This document shows, in pieces, positions 1 to 9,272 of a stretch of 64,000 bases of DNA. The position numbers and the translations under genes were made by a program. Source of the DNA: an uncultured virus (IMG/VR IMGVR_UViG_3300021091_000002) (Duplodnaviria > Heunggongvirae > Uroviricota > Caudoviricetes); the IMG/VR virus record IMGVR_UViG_3300021091_000002. One strand, written 5' to 3'. Each line of letters begins with the position of its first letter. The first letter of the stretch is position 1. The notes under the pieces were generated by a model. That model was not told where the DNA came from. It saw nothing but the letters and a program-made list of their open reading frames with translations, and did no database searches.

Positions 1-38
1 CAGGAACTGCCTATCAAGCTAGGTCAGTTTCAGGAACG

Positions 39-1610
39 ATGCGTGCCCCTCAGGGCGGTACTGCCTACGGCCCCGGCTCAGAAGAGCAAACCGTAAAGAA
101 CTTTTTTGGTAAAATGGGTAAATTAAAGACCAAAAAAGATCAAGAATCTAAAGAAAAAACACCTAAAGGTGGACAACCAGCGCCAGGTGGCGGAGGAGTA
201 GATATGGGCTCACAGCAAAGTGGAAACACATCAAATAAAAGAGTCAAAGCCAAGAACATGAACCAATCCGCCAATACCAACGTTGGCGGTAACCAAGTTA
301 TATCTGGTGGTAACACCAGCATTGACGGTGACTTTAACATGGCTCAAATTGGCGCTGGTGCAACTGCGCTTTCTCGTGGAGCAAGCCTACAAAACTTTAT
401 GTTTGACCCTAACCACCCATTTTTTGGAAGCGGTGGTGGCACCCCACAACAACCTCCTACCGCACCTCCTTCTTCCTTCCCCCCACCTACCGCTAAAGAT
501 ACCCCTCCTCCACCCCCAGGTAAGGCCCCTACCCCTAAAGGAAATCCAGAAAAAGGGTGGGAACCTGAAGATCGTGGTGTAATGGACATTGGCGTTCCCC
601 GCCCAGGACAGCCCGGTTCAAACACCGGAGGAATGCCACCACAATACGAGGGGATGGGTGGGGACTATGACACTAGCGGTAATCCTGCTTCTAAACCAGA
701 AACAGGTACACCTAGACCCATGCCTGAAATAGAAAAGCCCATAAAAGGTGGCACTTTCCGTGATTACGACCCAGATCTGGGCCCCGTAGTACCACGACGA
801 CGGCCAGAAACACGCCCATACGACCCCGAACCCACTCCTGGTACCGGGCTAGAGCGGTATCGTGGTGGCACACCAGCCACAACTGGTGCCCCAACAGGAG
901 CACCAACGACTGGTGCACCAGCGGGTGGTCCTGGCGCACCAGCACCAACCACTGGTCTTCCAGGAAAGAGACCTGGCGTACTCGACCGTATGTGGAACAG
1001 AGCTGCTGACCGTGTAATGGGTGGTACTACTTATGGCCCAGGTCCGGAGTACACATCACAAGCTACTATGGACTATATGGCAGACACTAGAGGATTGCCA
1101 TCAGGTGCCCCAACCACTGGTCTCCCAGCAGGTGGAGCACCTATGGGTGCGCTAAATGGGTATAACCGGGCAGCATGGGAGCAGATGCAGGCAATGGGTA
1201 TTAGTCCATCTGCGCTGCGGGATATGACCTACGGTAACTCTGCAAACAACGGGTCACCGGCAAGCTCCCCCATTAATAGGGTTACTCAGCGAGGAGGTGG
1301 CACACTTGGTCGCTTTGGTGGACGTGGGCCAGTTCCAGCTGGTGCCAAAGCAGGAAGATACGGTGAACAGCCCAATTCAAATACCGTTGAACCCTCTAGG
1401 CACGACATTAACCCAATCACAGGAGCTGTACGTCCTGACTTTGGTAACCCATCGTACACTGGTCCATCACGTCACCCTAAGCCCCCGGCTCGTGACATGA
1501 CCCAAGGTCAGACTGGATATATTGGCGTTGCTATGCAAGCTATAGGCCAAGCAGACAGTGAATTAAAGCGCCAAGCTTTCCGTCAACGCTCAAGACGGCC
1601 AGGAACCTGA
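39..1610 (+). CDS. Pro/Gly-rich low-complexity protein, possibly 5'-truncated by the window edge
   Basis: 523-aa ORF; frame is open back to position 3; repeats GGTxYGPG and GAPTTG. Confidence 0.7.
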   Translation: MRAPQGGTAYGPGSEEQTVKNFFGKMGKLKTKKDQESKEKTPKGGQPAPGGGGVDMGSQQSGNTSNKRVKAKNMNQSANTNVGGNQVISGGNTSIDGDFNMAQIGAGATALSRGASLQNFMFDPNHPFFGSGGGTPQQPPTAPPSSFPPPTAKDTPPPPPGKAPTPKGNPEKGWEPEDRGVMDIGVPRPGQPGSNTGGMPPQYEGMGGDYDTSGNPASKPETGTPRPMPEIEKPIKGGTFRDYDPDLGPVVPRRRPETRPYDPEPTPGTGLERYRGGTPATTGAPTGAPTTGAPAGGPGAPAPTTGLPGKRPGVLDRMWNRAADRVMGGTTYGPGPEYTSQATMDYMADTRGLPSGAPTTGLPAGGAPMGALNGYNRAAWEQMQAMGISPSALRDMTYGNSANNGSPASSPINRVTQRGGGTLGRFGGRGPVPAGAKAGRYGEQPNSNTVEPSRHDINPITGAVRPDFGNPSYTGPSRHPKPPARDMTQGQTGYIGVAMQAIGQADSELKRQAFRQRSRRPGT

Positions 1611-1620
1611 GGAGGATCAA

Positions 1621-1842
1621 ATGGCAGTAAATACATCAAGATCGATGAACGACGACCTTCATAGTGGTATCAACGATGGTCGTCTAAAGAGCTTAACCCC
1701 TGGACGAGGTGGAGAGCGCACGGATGATTACGCTGTAACCAGAGCAAAAATGCTACAAACTCAATACAATGTTGTTGACTTTATGCGTGGGATTACTGTA
1801 TCATCTGATGATGAATACGAATATGGTTACGCAGAAGACTGA
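1621..1842 (+). CDS. hypothetical protein
   Basis: 73 aa, SD GAGGAGG upstream. Confidence 0.7.
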   Translation: MAVNTSRSMNDDLHSGINDGRLKSLTPGRGGERTDDYAVTRAKMLQTQYNVVDFMRGITVSSDDEYEYGYAED

Positions 1843-1873
1843 ATAATTAAATAAACCTAATTAGGAGTACAAT

Positions 1874-2332
1874 ATGCCCCGTCTTTTGACGTGTCAATCC
1901 TGTGGTACGATGTACCGTATGCTCGACTATGATGGTCCAGCTGAATACGATATGGAACTTATTGAGCTCTGTAATCGTCACCTTGGACAAGCCTCAAATC
2001 CAGATCCTGACGCACACAAGTCAATAATCTTGCGATGCGACCAAGAAACTTGGGAGAAGCTTGGTGATGAGACCAAGATTAAACAGGAGCTAGCAAAGAA
2101 CGAGTGGGAAGTACGGGAAGTGCGCAACGACCTAAAAGTTGAAGCTCTAAAGTGCTTTAACCGACATAACCGCCCATCCGGGATGTGCCCTGACTACGAG
2201 AACGAGTCAAAAACGATTGGACGTAAGATTGGCGTTCCAAAAGAAAACCGCCAATATCTGTGCCATTACTGCCCAGCGTCAGCTTTTGTGACTTTCAAGA
2301 ACCGTCAAGTAAAAGGGATGTATGACGGGTGA
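1874..2332 (+). CDS. Cys-rich putative zinc-binding protein
   Basis: CQSC and CHYC motifs, SD AGGAG. Confidence 0.7.
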   Translation: MPRLLTCQSCGTMYRMLDYDGPAEYDMELIELCNRHLGQASNPDPDAHKSIILRCDQETWEKLGDETKIKQELAKNEWEVREVRNDLKVEALKCFNRHNRPSGMCPDYENESKTIGRKIGVPKENRQYLCHYCPASAFVTFKNRQVKGMYDG

Positions 2333-2799
2333 TCATATTTAACTTTTCTGTGCTGGCTCGCCCAGCGGAAATTCTGGCTTTAAGACAGCCAGATCCTCAG
2401 GGGTTTTCACTCTGGCGTATGATGCACGATTTTTCAATTGGTCGTGTTTGCTTGGTAGTCAACGAAACATACGACAAGTTACCAATTGAAGACTGGCTAA
2501 AAAAAGAGGGGATAAAACCCTCGTTTTATGAAATGCTAGACGAGCCAAACTCCCATTTAAGAGCTGAGAAAGTTCATCGAGTAGCCGCAGTGTTTGGCAA
2601 GGCTGAATGGTACGTTGATAACGACCCAATAACCTGTGCCGAAACCTTAAAACTAGGTATCCCAACACTGCTGGCCGCTTCACCCTATGTCGTGCGCCCA
2701 GAATGGGCTGGATTGCGTGTTATAAAAGATTGGGATACTCTTGTCCATGAGATGAATGAGCAAGCCCTAAAGGCCGCAGAAAAGACTTGGAGAGAATAA
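2329..2799 (+). CDS. HAD-superfamily-like protein (motif I degenerate)
   Basis: IIFNFS motif-I-like start, WYVDND motif IV, LKLGIPTL; GTGA overlap. Confidence 0.5.
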   Translation: MIIFNFSVLARPAEILALRQPDPQGFSLWRMMHDFSIGRVCLVVNETYDKLPIEDWLKKEGIKPSFYEMLDEPNSHLRAEKVHRVAAVFGKAEWYVDNDPITCAETLKLGIPTLLAASPYVVRPEWAGLRVIKDWDTLVHEMNEQALKAAEKTWRE

Positions 2800-4229
2800 T
2801 GAAGATATTCTTTGGCGGTGCTGAAAAGGGAACCCATAGAAGCCTACTGGTTGCCAATGGTGTCGACAAGATGGGTATAAACATCACACACTTTCCAGTA
2901 CCAAAGCGTAAGGAGCTAGATCTGTCCACGCTTTACGGTGGAGCTGAGTTACTTGTGTACACATCAGAAAACGACGAGGATCTTAACAAGTATGAAAACT
3001 TTGTAAGAGACCACGCGGACAGTTTATCTGTAGTTATTGGCAGGCCAGATATGGATGGTGAATGGCTAGGGGAAAAGTACGTGCCCGTTTGGTCAGATGG
3101 GGACGACCTAGAACGCATGGCATGGCTTTGTCAGAAGAACGGAAGAGTGGCCATATCAGACAAGGCCATAAACAGCAAGACGTTGCCAAGAATACGATCT
3201 CTATCCCAGCGCTGGGGAGCAAAGCTGTATGGCCTTACAAGCAAGCCAGACATCATTCAGGAGCTTCCCTGGGAGGCAGTGGTTGTGGGGTCATGGACTT
3301 CCTCCATTAGATATGGGGAAACCCAGGTATGGGATGGTCACGGATTGCACAGATACCCAGCTCAACAGAAAGAGTCTGCCAGACGTAAGCACCGGGCCGA
3401 CATCATGCGTCTTGGTATAGATTACGATTTAATTATGGAAGACGATGTTTCAGAGGTAGGAGCGCTGTCAATAAGGTCTTGGAAGGCTTGGGAAGAGGGA
3501 ACTTTTTGGGCCTATGACCCCATTGATGAAGACGACGAGTCAGAGATTACCCCCCAAGAAAGGGAGGATATAGTTGATATACCCCCCATTACCCATACTT
3601 TACCTAAACCGGTTTCACGTGGGGGAAGTATTGCTATACCACCTCTAGAAAAGCGGCACGACAGTGAGCGATTATTACTACCGGTTATGGGCATTGAAAA
3701 CATAGTTTCAATAGGTACACAAACAGGCGCTGAGCAGGATGAATACATAGAAATAGCACCAAAAGAAACCCCTGTAATTCGGTATCAAAGCAGCCCCTTG
3801 CGTCAGTGTGATAGTTGCTATTTAGCCTCACGTTGTCCCGCATTCCGCGAACATTCTGATTGTGGCTTTAAGTTGCCCGTAGAGATACGATCCAAGGATC
3901 AGCTACAAGCTGTGCTACAGGCAATGATTGAGATGCAAGCCAGTAGAGTTTTGTTCGCAAGATTTGCTGAGGAACTTGAGGGTCAGGGACTCGACCCAGC
4001 CCTCTCATCAGAGATGGATAGACTGTTCTCACTCATAGATAAGTTTAAGAACATTTCAGACACCCGTGATTTGATGCGCATTGAGGTTGAGGCACGAGGC
4101 AATGCTGGTGTACTTTCTAGACTGTTTGGTACGAAGGCTGGAGAAATATCAAAGCAACTTCCTAGTGGTGGTTTTGGTCCAAATCAAACTGACCAATTTA
4201 TTCAGGATGTTATTGACTTTACCGAATGA
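2799..4229 (+). CDS. TGT/DpdA-like TIM-barrel protein with apparently degenerate catalytic sites, fused to a Cys-cluster and helical C-terminal domain
   Basis: VPVW..D.L, RVAIS, LYGLT...LPWEAVVVGSW...RYG pattern; CDSC-x5-C-x8-C. Confidence 0.5.
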   Translation: MKIFFGGAEKGTHRSLLVANGVDKMGINITHFPVPKRKELDLSTLYGGAELLVYTSENDEDLNKYENFVRDHADSLSVVIGRPDMDGEWLGEKYVPVWSDGDDLERMAWLCQKNGRVAISDKAINSKTLPRIRSLSQRWGAKLYGLTSKPDIIQELPWEAVVVGSWTSSIRYGETQVWDGHGLHRYPAQQKESARRKHRADIMRLGIDYDLIMEDDVSEVGALSIRSWKAWEEGTFWAYDPIDEDDESEITPQEREDIVDIPPITHTLPKPVSRGGSIAIPPLEKRHDSERLLLPVMGIENIVSIGTQTGAEQDEYIEIAPKETPVIRYQSSPLRQCDSCYLASRCPAFREHSDCGFKLPVEIRSKDQLQAVLQAMIEMQASRVLFARFAEELEGQGLDPALSSEMDRLFSLIDKFKNISDTRDLMRIEVEARGNAGVLSRLFGTKAGEISKQLPSGGFGPNQTDQFIQDVIDFTE

Positions 4230-4274
4230 CCCACCTAAACTTGGTGGCGCAACCACTACAACAAGGAGCACAAC

Positions 4275-4586
4275 GTGGCAAGAACATGGCACAAGATCGG
4301 TACCCCCAGTAGTAACAAGTCAAACAATGTTTGTGTAGATGGTTCACAGATTGTCGCGGACAACGTTACCATAAACGGAGATGATTATCTATCTAAAACC
4401 CCATTGAGCGTAGATACCGTCAAAGAATACCTGTCAACAAAGGGATGCACTTTGTGGATGAATTGGGACATAACTAACGAGGATAGTCGTGAAGAAGCAG
4501 CAGAATGGCTTATTAGCGAAATTTACAATGTTTTGATGTTTTCAGTGTACAACGACAACGAAATGGACAACACCAACAATGCATAA
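4275..4586 (+). CDS. hypothetical protein
   Basis: GTG start after AAGGAG. Confidence 0.65.
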   Translation: MARTWHKIGTPSSNKSNNVCVDGSQIVADNVTINGDDYLSKTPLSVDTVKEYLSTKGCTLWMNWDITNEDSREEAAEWLISEIYNVLMFSVYNDNEMDNTNNA

Positions 4587-4875
4587 TCCAAATGAGTTTA
4601 TGGATGCAATACAAGAGGTCATTGACATGCATGACAGGAAAGGGGCTGACTACGGATCACAACTTGATCAGTTTGCAAACGTATCGTCCTCAAGTCAATG
4701 GGGAATCCCACCGTGGGTTGGAGCAATGATGCGTGCTAACGACAAGGTTGTTCGCCTTCAATCTGCGGCCAGAGGGTCAACACTACGAAATGAGGGCATA
4801 GAGGACAGTCTTTTGGACATCGCTACCTACGCCTTAATTGCTCTGTGTCTATTCAGACGAAATCTAGAACAGTAA
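4579..4875 (+). CDS. DUF1599 / nucleotide-modification-associated (MazG-like all-alpha NTP pyrophosphatase fold) protein
   Basis: RKGADYG...DKVVRL...EDSLLDIATYA. Confidence 0.75.
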   Translation: MHNPNEFMDAIQEVIDMHDRKGADYGSQLDQFANVSSSSQWGIPPWVGAMMRANDKVVRLQSAARGSTLRNEGIEDSLLDIATYALIALCLFRRNLEQ

Positions 4876-4876
4876 T

Positions 4877-5251
4877 ATGGAATGGTTGGAAGATGCTCCT
4901 TGCCGCGGGTTGAACCCGGATATCTTCTTTCCCCCGCTTGACCAAACAAACCACAATGCATACTACAAAGCTGGAAAAGCCGTATGTCACACATGTGATG
5001 TGTGGGAAGAGTGCTTGAATTATGGTATGAACGAAACATGGGGATTGTGGGGTGGGTTGACTCCACAAGAGCGCAGAGGCACCGCAAGGCTTCACCACGG
5101 AGTTATCGAAATGTACCGTTTCGGCTGTCGGTGCCCAAAGTGTAGAGAGTGCTCTGTAACGGTAAGAAAAAAGATTCCAAAAGAAGTATTCCCTGCTAGA
5201 GGACAAGAATTCAACATAGAATCGTTGGTTTTCAAACTTTCCAGCATGTGA
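4877..5251 (+). CDS. whiB: WhiB-family transcription factor with C-terminal Cys-rich extension
   Basis: W..A.C..FFP..K.VC..C.V..EC..GLWGG.T..ER; extra HG..Y..GCRC..CR. Confidence 0.9.
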   Translation: MEWLEDAPCRGLNPDIFFPPLDQTNHNAYYKAGKAVCHTCDVWEECLNYGMNETWGLWGGLTPQERRGTARLHHGVIEMYRFGCRCPKCRECSVTVRKKIPKEVFPARGQEFNIESLVFKLSSM

Positions 5252-5346
5252 TTTAGCAAGTTTCCGTCATAGTTTGGTAATATAGATACGTGCCCAACCA
5301 CCCAATGGTTGGGCACTGTCATTATCCCCTATCAAGGAGAATACTT

Positions 5347-5886
5347 TTGAAATTGAAATACTCAAAACCAGTGATTTTGGTGGCGTTTGCTATCAATATC
5401 GCGATCTTGACACCACTGGCAAACTGTATAGAAAACCCAAAAGAAGAAGTACTCACTCAATTAGCCACCACAACCACACCACAAACCACTGTGGTACAAC
5501 CAACAACTACCACCACCACCACCACCACAGAAGCACCAGTTACCACTACGACTACATTGGTGCCTCCCGGTAGCAAATGTGAAGAATTAGCACCAATTGC
5601 GCTTGCAGCCGGATGGCCTCAAGAACTACTAATAGACGTATTAGATGAGGCTTGGAACGAAAGTCGTTGTCTAAACATCATCGAGGGGCACCCCCGCTGG
5701 AATGGACACGATTCAGGCCCGCTACAGATCAACCAGGTGTGGCACGACGAGATTAATGACAAATACGGCAGTTGGACATACGTAAATGATCCGTATTACA
5801 ACTTTGCGTGGGCATGGGAAATGTACATTTGGCACGATATTCACCGTGGATGCGGATTTGAGCCTTGGACACGTACGTGCAAATAA
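5347..5886 (+). CDS. secreted lytic transglycosylase (SLT/lysozyme-like) with Thr-rich linker
   Basis: hydrophobic N-terminus, poly-Thr linker, WNESRC, DSGPLQIN, N..WAW motifs; TTG start after AAGGAG. Confidence 0.7.
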   Translation: MKLKYSKPVILVAFAINIAILTPLANCIENPKEEVLTQLATTTTPQTTVVQPTTTTTTTTTEAPVTTTTTLVPPGSKCEELAPIALAAGWPQELLIDVLDEAWNESRCLNIIEGHPRWNGHDSGPLQINQVWHDEINDKYGSWTYVNDPYYNFAWAWEMYIWHDIHRGCGFEPWTRTCK

Positions 5887-5978
5887 CTAAAAAAAATAAA
5901 CAACAATAGTTGCAATTGAAAATAGCCACGTGTAGCATACAAACAACGGGCAAAGCCCAAGACACAAGGAGAAACACA

Positions 5979-6218
5979 ATGGATGAAAACACACTTACAG
6001 TTCAACTTCCCGAAGAAATGTTGTTGATTAAGATTGAAGACATTGCTGGAACAGCAGAGGTTGCCAGCATTCTTAACTGCCCCAAACAGCAGATACATGC
6101 TTTGAGAAAGCGCGCAGATTTCCCTGCTCCAATTACTCAACTGTCAGCAACCCCTCTTTGGAATGCTCAACACATCATTGAATTCGGCTCAAACTGGAAG
6201 CGTCGCACAAAGGTCTGA
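5979..6218 (+). CDS. AlpA/excisionase-like HTH DNA-binding protein
   Basis: GTAEVASIL...FPAP.....PLW. Confidence 0.75.
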   Translation: MDENTLTVQLPEEMLLIKIEDIAGTAEVASILNCPKQQIHALRKRADFPAPITQLSATPLWNAQHIIEFGSNWKRRTKV

Positions 6219-6421
6219 TGAGTAGTACAATGTTGCTCATGGAGACAAGCAGACAAAAATACCCACCTGGTATCTATGAGTGCGCTAAGTGCAGTGCGTG
6301 GGTGGAGGTGTTCGTTCCTCTGAACGAGCTCCCCACCCACCCCTGCGGGGTTGGAAAGAGGTCAAAAACTATGGAGTACAAAGGAACTAGCAGTGCTAAG
6401 ACTAGGAATAGTGTCGGGTGA
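6218..6421 (+). CDS. small zinc-ribbon protein (real start may be 6239)
   Basis: YECAKC...HPC. Confidence 0.55.
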   Translation: MSSTMLLMETSRQKYPPGIYECAKCSAWVEVFVPLNELPTHPCGVGKRSKTMEYKGTSSAKTRNSVG

Positions 6422-7457
6422 TTGGCTCCACCCTATAAAAACAGGGGAGCCTGTAGCATTGTGGGGAGGAAGTGGATGGGCACGCCTGGGTCAGTATGTT
6501 GACCACCTCCCATTTGAAGTACACGTTGGTGTACTCACTTGGTATCACGACAGATTTGTTGTAGTATCTGAGGATAAAGAGATGCACGAAGTAGACGTGA
6601 TCTACATGCAACGTTTAATGCATGAGGGGCTTACCCAGCACGTGCCCATGGCTATCGCAAATGGGCAAAAAATAATAAACGACCTCGATGATTGGTATTG
6701 GGGTCTAGACACCTCAAATATGGCGTTCTTGCATAACCACCCAAAAGTTAACAAAATTGAGAACATCAACAACTACAAAGCAATCTTGTCAAAGTCCATG
6801 ATTTTAACTGTCAGTACCACCTATCTTGCTGATAGGGCTTCATCATTTGTAAGGTGCCCAATACAGGTTATTGAAAACACTGTAGACATCAATCGATTTA
6901 CACAGACAACCTACACAGACACCAACACTCCAGTTGTTGGATGGGTGGGATCAACAGCACATCGAAGCAGGGACATTGAGACACTAAAAGGTGTGCTTAA
7001 CCCAATGGCAAAGAGTGGTTCAATAACTCTTTACCACGGTGGTCACCACAGTGGTGCACCAACCTTTGCAAGCAGGCTTGGGGTTTCAGAAGACCTGGTA
7101 ACTGTAGAAGACCTGCGCCCAGCTGAACGTTACCCAGAACTTATGAAAATGGATATTGGGATTGTTCCACTAAACAAGACTCCGTTCAACATGGCAAAAT
7201 CAGACATAAAAGGTTTAGAGTATGCAGCGTCAGGAATTCCATTTATTGCCCAAGATCTTAATGCATACGTGAATTTACACAAAAAATTAAATGTAGGGTT
7301 TATAGCAAACAAGCCAAAGGACTGGGTGAAGCACATAAAATACTTGTCAAACCCAGACAATCGTAGAAATGTTGGAATTGAGCTACGTTCCCGCATACAA
7401 CCACGAGACATATCCTGCGGTGTACAAAAACTCACAGACTTAATCAGTAACATATGA
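6393..7457 (+). CDS. GT-B glycosyltransferase (GT4-like)
   Basis: DLDD, VGWVGS, DIGIVPL...FN.AKS.IK.LEYAASGIP. Confidence 0.85.
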   Translation: MLRLGIVSGDWLHPIKTGEPVALWGGSGWARLGQYVDHLPFEVHVGVLTWYHDRFVVVSEDKEMHEVDVIYMQRLMHEGLTQHVPMAIANGQKIINDLDDWYWGLDTSNMAFLHNHPKVNKIENINNYKAILSKSMILTVSTTYLADRASSFVRCPIQVIENTVDINRFTQTTYTDTNTPVVGWVGSTAHRSRDIETLKGVLNPMAKSGSITLYHGGHHSGAPTFASRLGVSEDLVTVEDLRPAERYPELMKMDIGIVPLNKTPFNMAKSDIKGLEYAASGIPFIAQDLNAYVNLHKKLNVGFIANKPKDWVKHIKYLSNPDNRRNVGIELRSRIQPRDISCGVQKLTDLISNI

Positions 7458-7846
7458 TTACCACAAGACAGCTTAAATGGCTTGACTACGCTGTCGATGT
7501 TTCATCGACAGCAACACACTCACAATGGAGAGTGGGAGCAGTGCTCGTAAAAGGTGGAAGAGTGCTGAGCATGGGTGTAAATCGATATAGAAATTTACCT
7601 TCTCAGGTTGACCTTGAAGGGGTTTCGTACCATGCGGAAGAGGTTGCTTTGAAGCGTGCTGGGGATGCAACAGGAGCGACAATATTTGTCGCAAGAGTTA
7701 CCAGAAATGGGCACCTTGGATTGGCAAAACCTTGCGAAAGATGCCAAGAACTGTTGCATGAGTATGGGGTTCACTCAGCGATTTGGACCGAGCCGTCGGG
7801 GTTTGGAAAATCGAAAATTGATGACATGATTTTCAGCCGGATTTGA
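7454..7846 (+). CDS. zinc-dependent cytidine/dCMP deaminase-like protein
   Basis: VGAVLV, HAE, PCERC. Confidence 0.85.
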   Translation: MITTRQLKWLDYAVDVSSTATHSQWRVGAVLVKGGRVLSMGVNRYRNLPSQVDLEGVSYHAEEVALKRAGDATGATIFVARVTRNGHLGLAKPCERCQELLHEYGVHSAIWTEPSGFGKSKIDDMIFSRI

Positions 7847-7860
7847 GACAAAAAAATAAT

Positions 7861-7906
7861 ACCCCGAGCGGACAACTACGGTGTGTAGTCGCCCGCTCGG
7901 GGTTTT
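7861..7906. terminator. probable bidirectional intrinsic terminator between convergent gene blocks
   Basis: ACCCCGAGCGG...CCGCTCGGGGT stem with A-rich 5' flank and T-rich 3' flank. Confidence 0.8.
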
Positions 7907-7943
7907 GTTATTTGGACGGGGCCACGTTTAGCACGTGGCTATG

Positions 7944-8387
7944 TCAAACTGGCCAATGATACGGAAGGTCATTAGGAACAGCTGGGAAGTGTGGAGCGTA
8001 GTGGCCTGAGAGTTTACGCAACAGGTTTGATTGATGAGACACCATCACCTTTTGTTCAACTTCTTCATCATCAAGCCACCAAGGTAAAACTGGTAGAGAA
8101 TTTGCTATTACTGGGTCCTTAGTCATTACTACTGCACTCTTAACTAGACAAGTGTCTTTGTACCCTCTTTTCACCCATTCATCGCAAATAGCAACTTGAT
8201 ACTGTAACAGGGCTTTTTCATAACCTCTCCACATCTTTACCGCTGGATGGTTTCTCCAACCTGTGGACACACCAACCAAGCAGTTGATTATCTGAAGGTT
8301 TTCAACACGTTGCTTGCCGAGACGCTTGTTGTCTAAAACTTGTGCGTTTTGTCTGTAGTTTTTGCCGTAAGGCAAGAAAGTTTGCAT
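7944..8387 (-). CDS. pyrimidine-dimer DNA glycosylase-like protein (MSMEG_6728 / T4 endo V-like family)
   Basis: MQTFLPY..LD.KRLGKQRVE..GWRNHPAVKMWRGY..SHQSNLLRK. Confidence 0.85.
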   Translation of the reverse strand: MQTFLPYGKNYRQNAQVLDNKRLGKQRVENLQIINCLVGVSTGWRNHPAVKMWRGYEKALLQYQVAICDEWVKRGYKDTCLVKSAVVMTKDPVIANSLPVLPWWLDDEEVEQKVMVSHQSNLLRKLSGHYAPHFPAVPNDLPYHWPV

Positions 8388-8617
8388 TAGTTATTCTCCT
8401 CCATCTCGTTGTACCATTCTTCAGCCAACTCAATTGCTGGAGCGTACTCGTGCCACGTACCGTCGTCTCCGACTTCAGTTGAGTATGGGACCCTACCAAC
8501 AGCGCACAAATACTCAAACGCGGCGAGAATGCGTTTCCACTGCTCCTCATTGGGTAACTCATCCCATTCCGGTTGGTACTTGCAGTAGTAGTCCTCGTCA
8601 TCGTTGTACCTAAACAT
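8387..8617 (-). CDS. acidic hypothetical protein
   Basis: SD AAGGAGG, coupled to next gene. Confidence 0.65.
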   Translation of the reverse strand: MFRYNDDEDYYCKYQPEWDELPNEEQWKRILAAFEYLCAVGRVPYSTEVGDDGTWHEYAPAIELAEEWYNEMEENN

Positions 8618-8626
8618 CAATCCTCC

Positions 8627-9250
8627 TTAAGTCCACACCGTGTCGTTGGGCATACTTGCAGAAGTGCACCGGCGACGAATCTTGTGACGAATCTTGTCTT
8701 TGTCTTGTAAGAGGTTCGACGGATCGTCAAATACAAGCGGGAACTTTTCAGCAATACGCCACAAAAGACCGGCGTCAGACATTCGTGCGATGTTTTTGTC
8801 CCAGTTGATCACTAACAAATCTGACTTTGGCGGGCATACCCCCCGCACATCATGTTCGGTCAACACACGATCTTCGTGCATTACGAAGACAAACAGGTCA
8901 ACACCCTTTCTATTGAGTATTGACCGTAACGAATAATACGAATTCGTTCCGACCATGACGACCTTATCAAATTCGTTAAAATCGTAGCTGTCCCCATTGA
9001 TGATTGCTATGAGGTCGGGCTCGGACCAGTCGTCCGAGTGTCGAACCAGGCCCGCTTGCCGACGCAATCGCCATTCCGGCAAAGACCGGAACGTCTCAAT
9101 CTTTTTTGGCAGGTCCCAGCAGCTAAGGAATTCGTGCGAATCAACGAAATGGACTAGCTTGTCGTTGTCTTTAACTAGCTGGCAGGCCAAAGCAAGGCCA
9201 AACGTCGAAGCTCCGACGCCACCTCCTGCTTGTGCAATTGCAATTTTCAT
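8627..9250 (-). CDS. degenerate ParA/MinD-like P-loop protein
   Basis: IAIAQAGGGVGASTFGLALA...VHFVD. Confidence 0.55.
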   Translation of the reverse strand: MKIAIAQAGGGVGASTFGLALACQLVKDNDKLVHFVDSHEFLSCWDLPKKIETFRSLPEWRLRRQAGLVRHSDDWSEPDLIAIINGDSYDFNEFDKVVMVGTNSYYSLRSILNRKGVDLFVFVMHEDRVLTEHDVRGVCPPKSDLLVINWDKNIARMSDAGLLWRIAEKFPLVFDDPSNLLQDKDKIRHKIRRRCTSASMPNDTVWT

Positions 9251-9272
9251 TTTAATTCTCCTTTTTCTCTTT

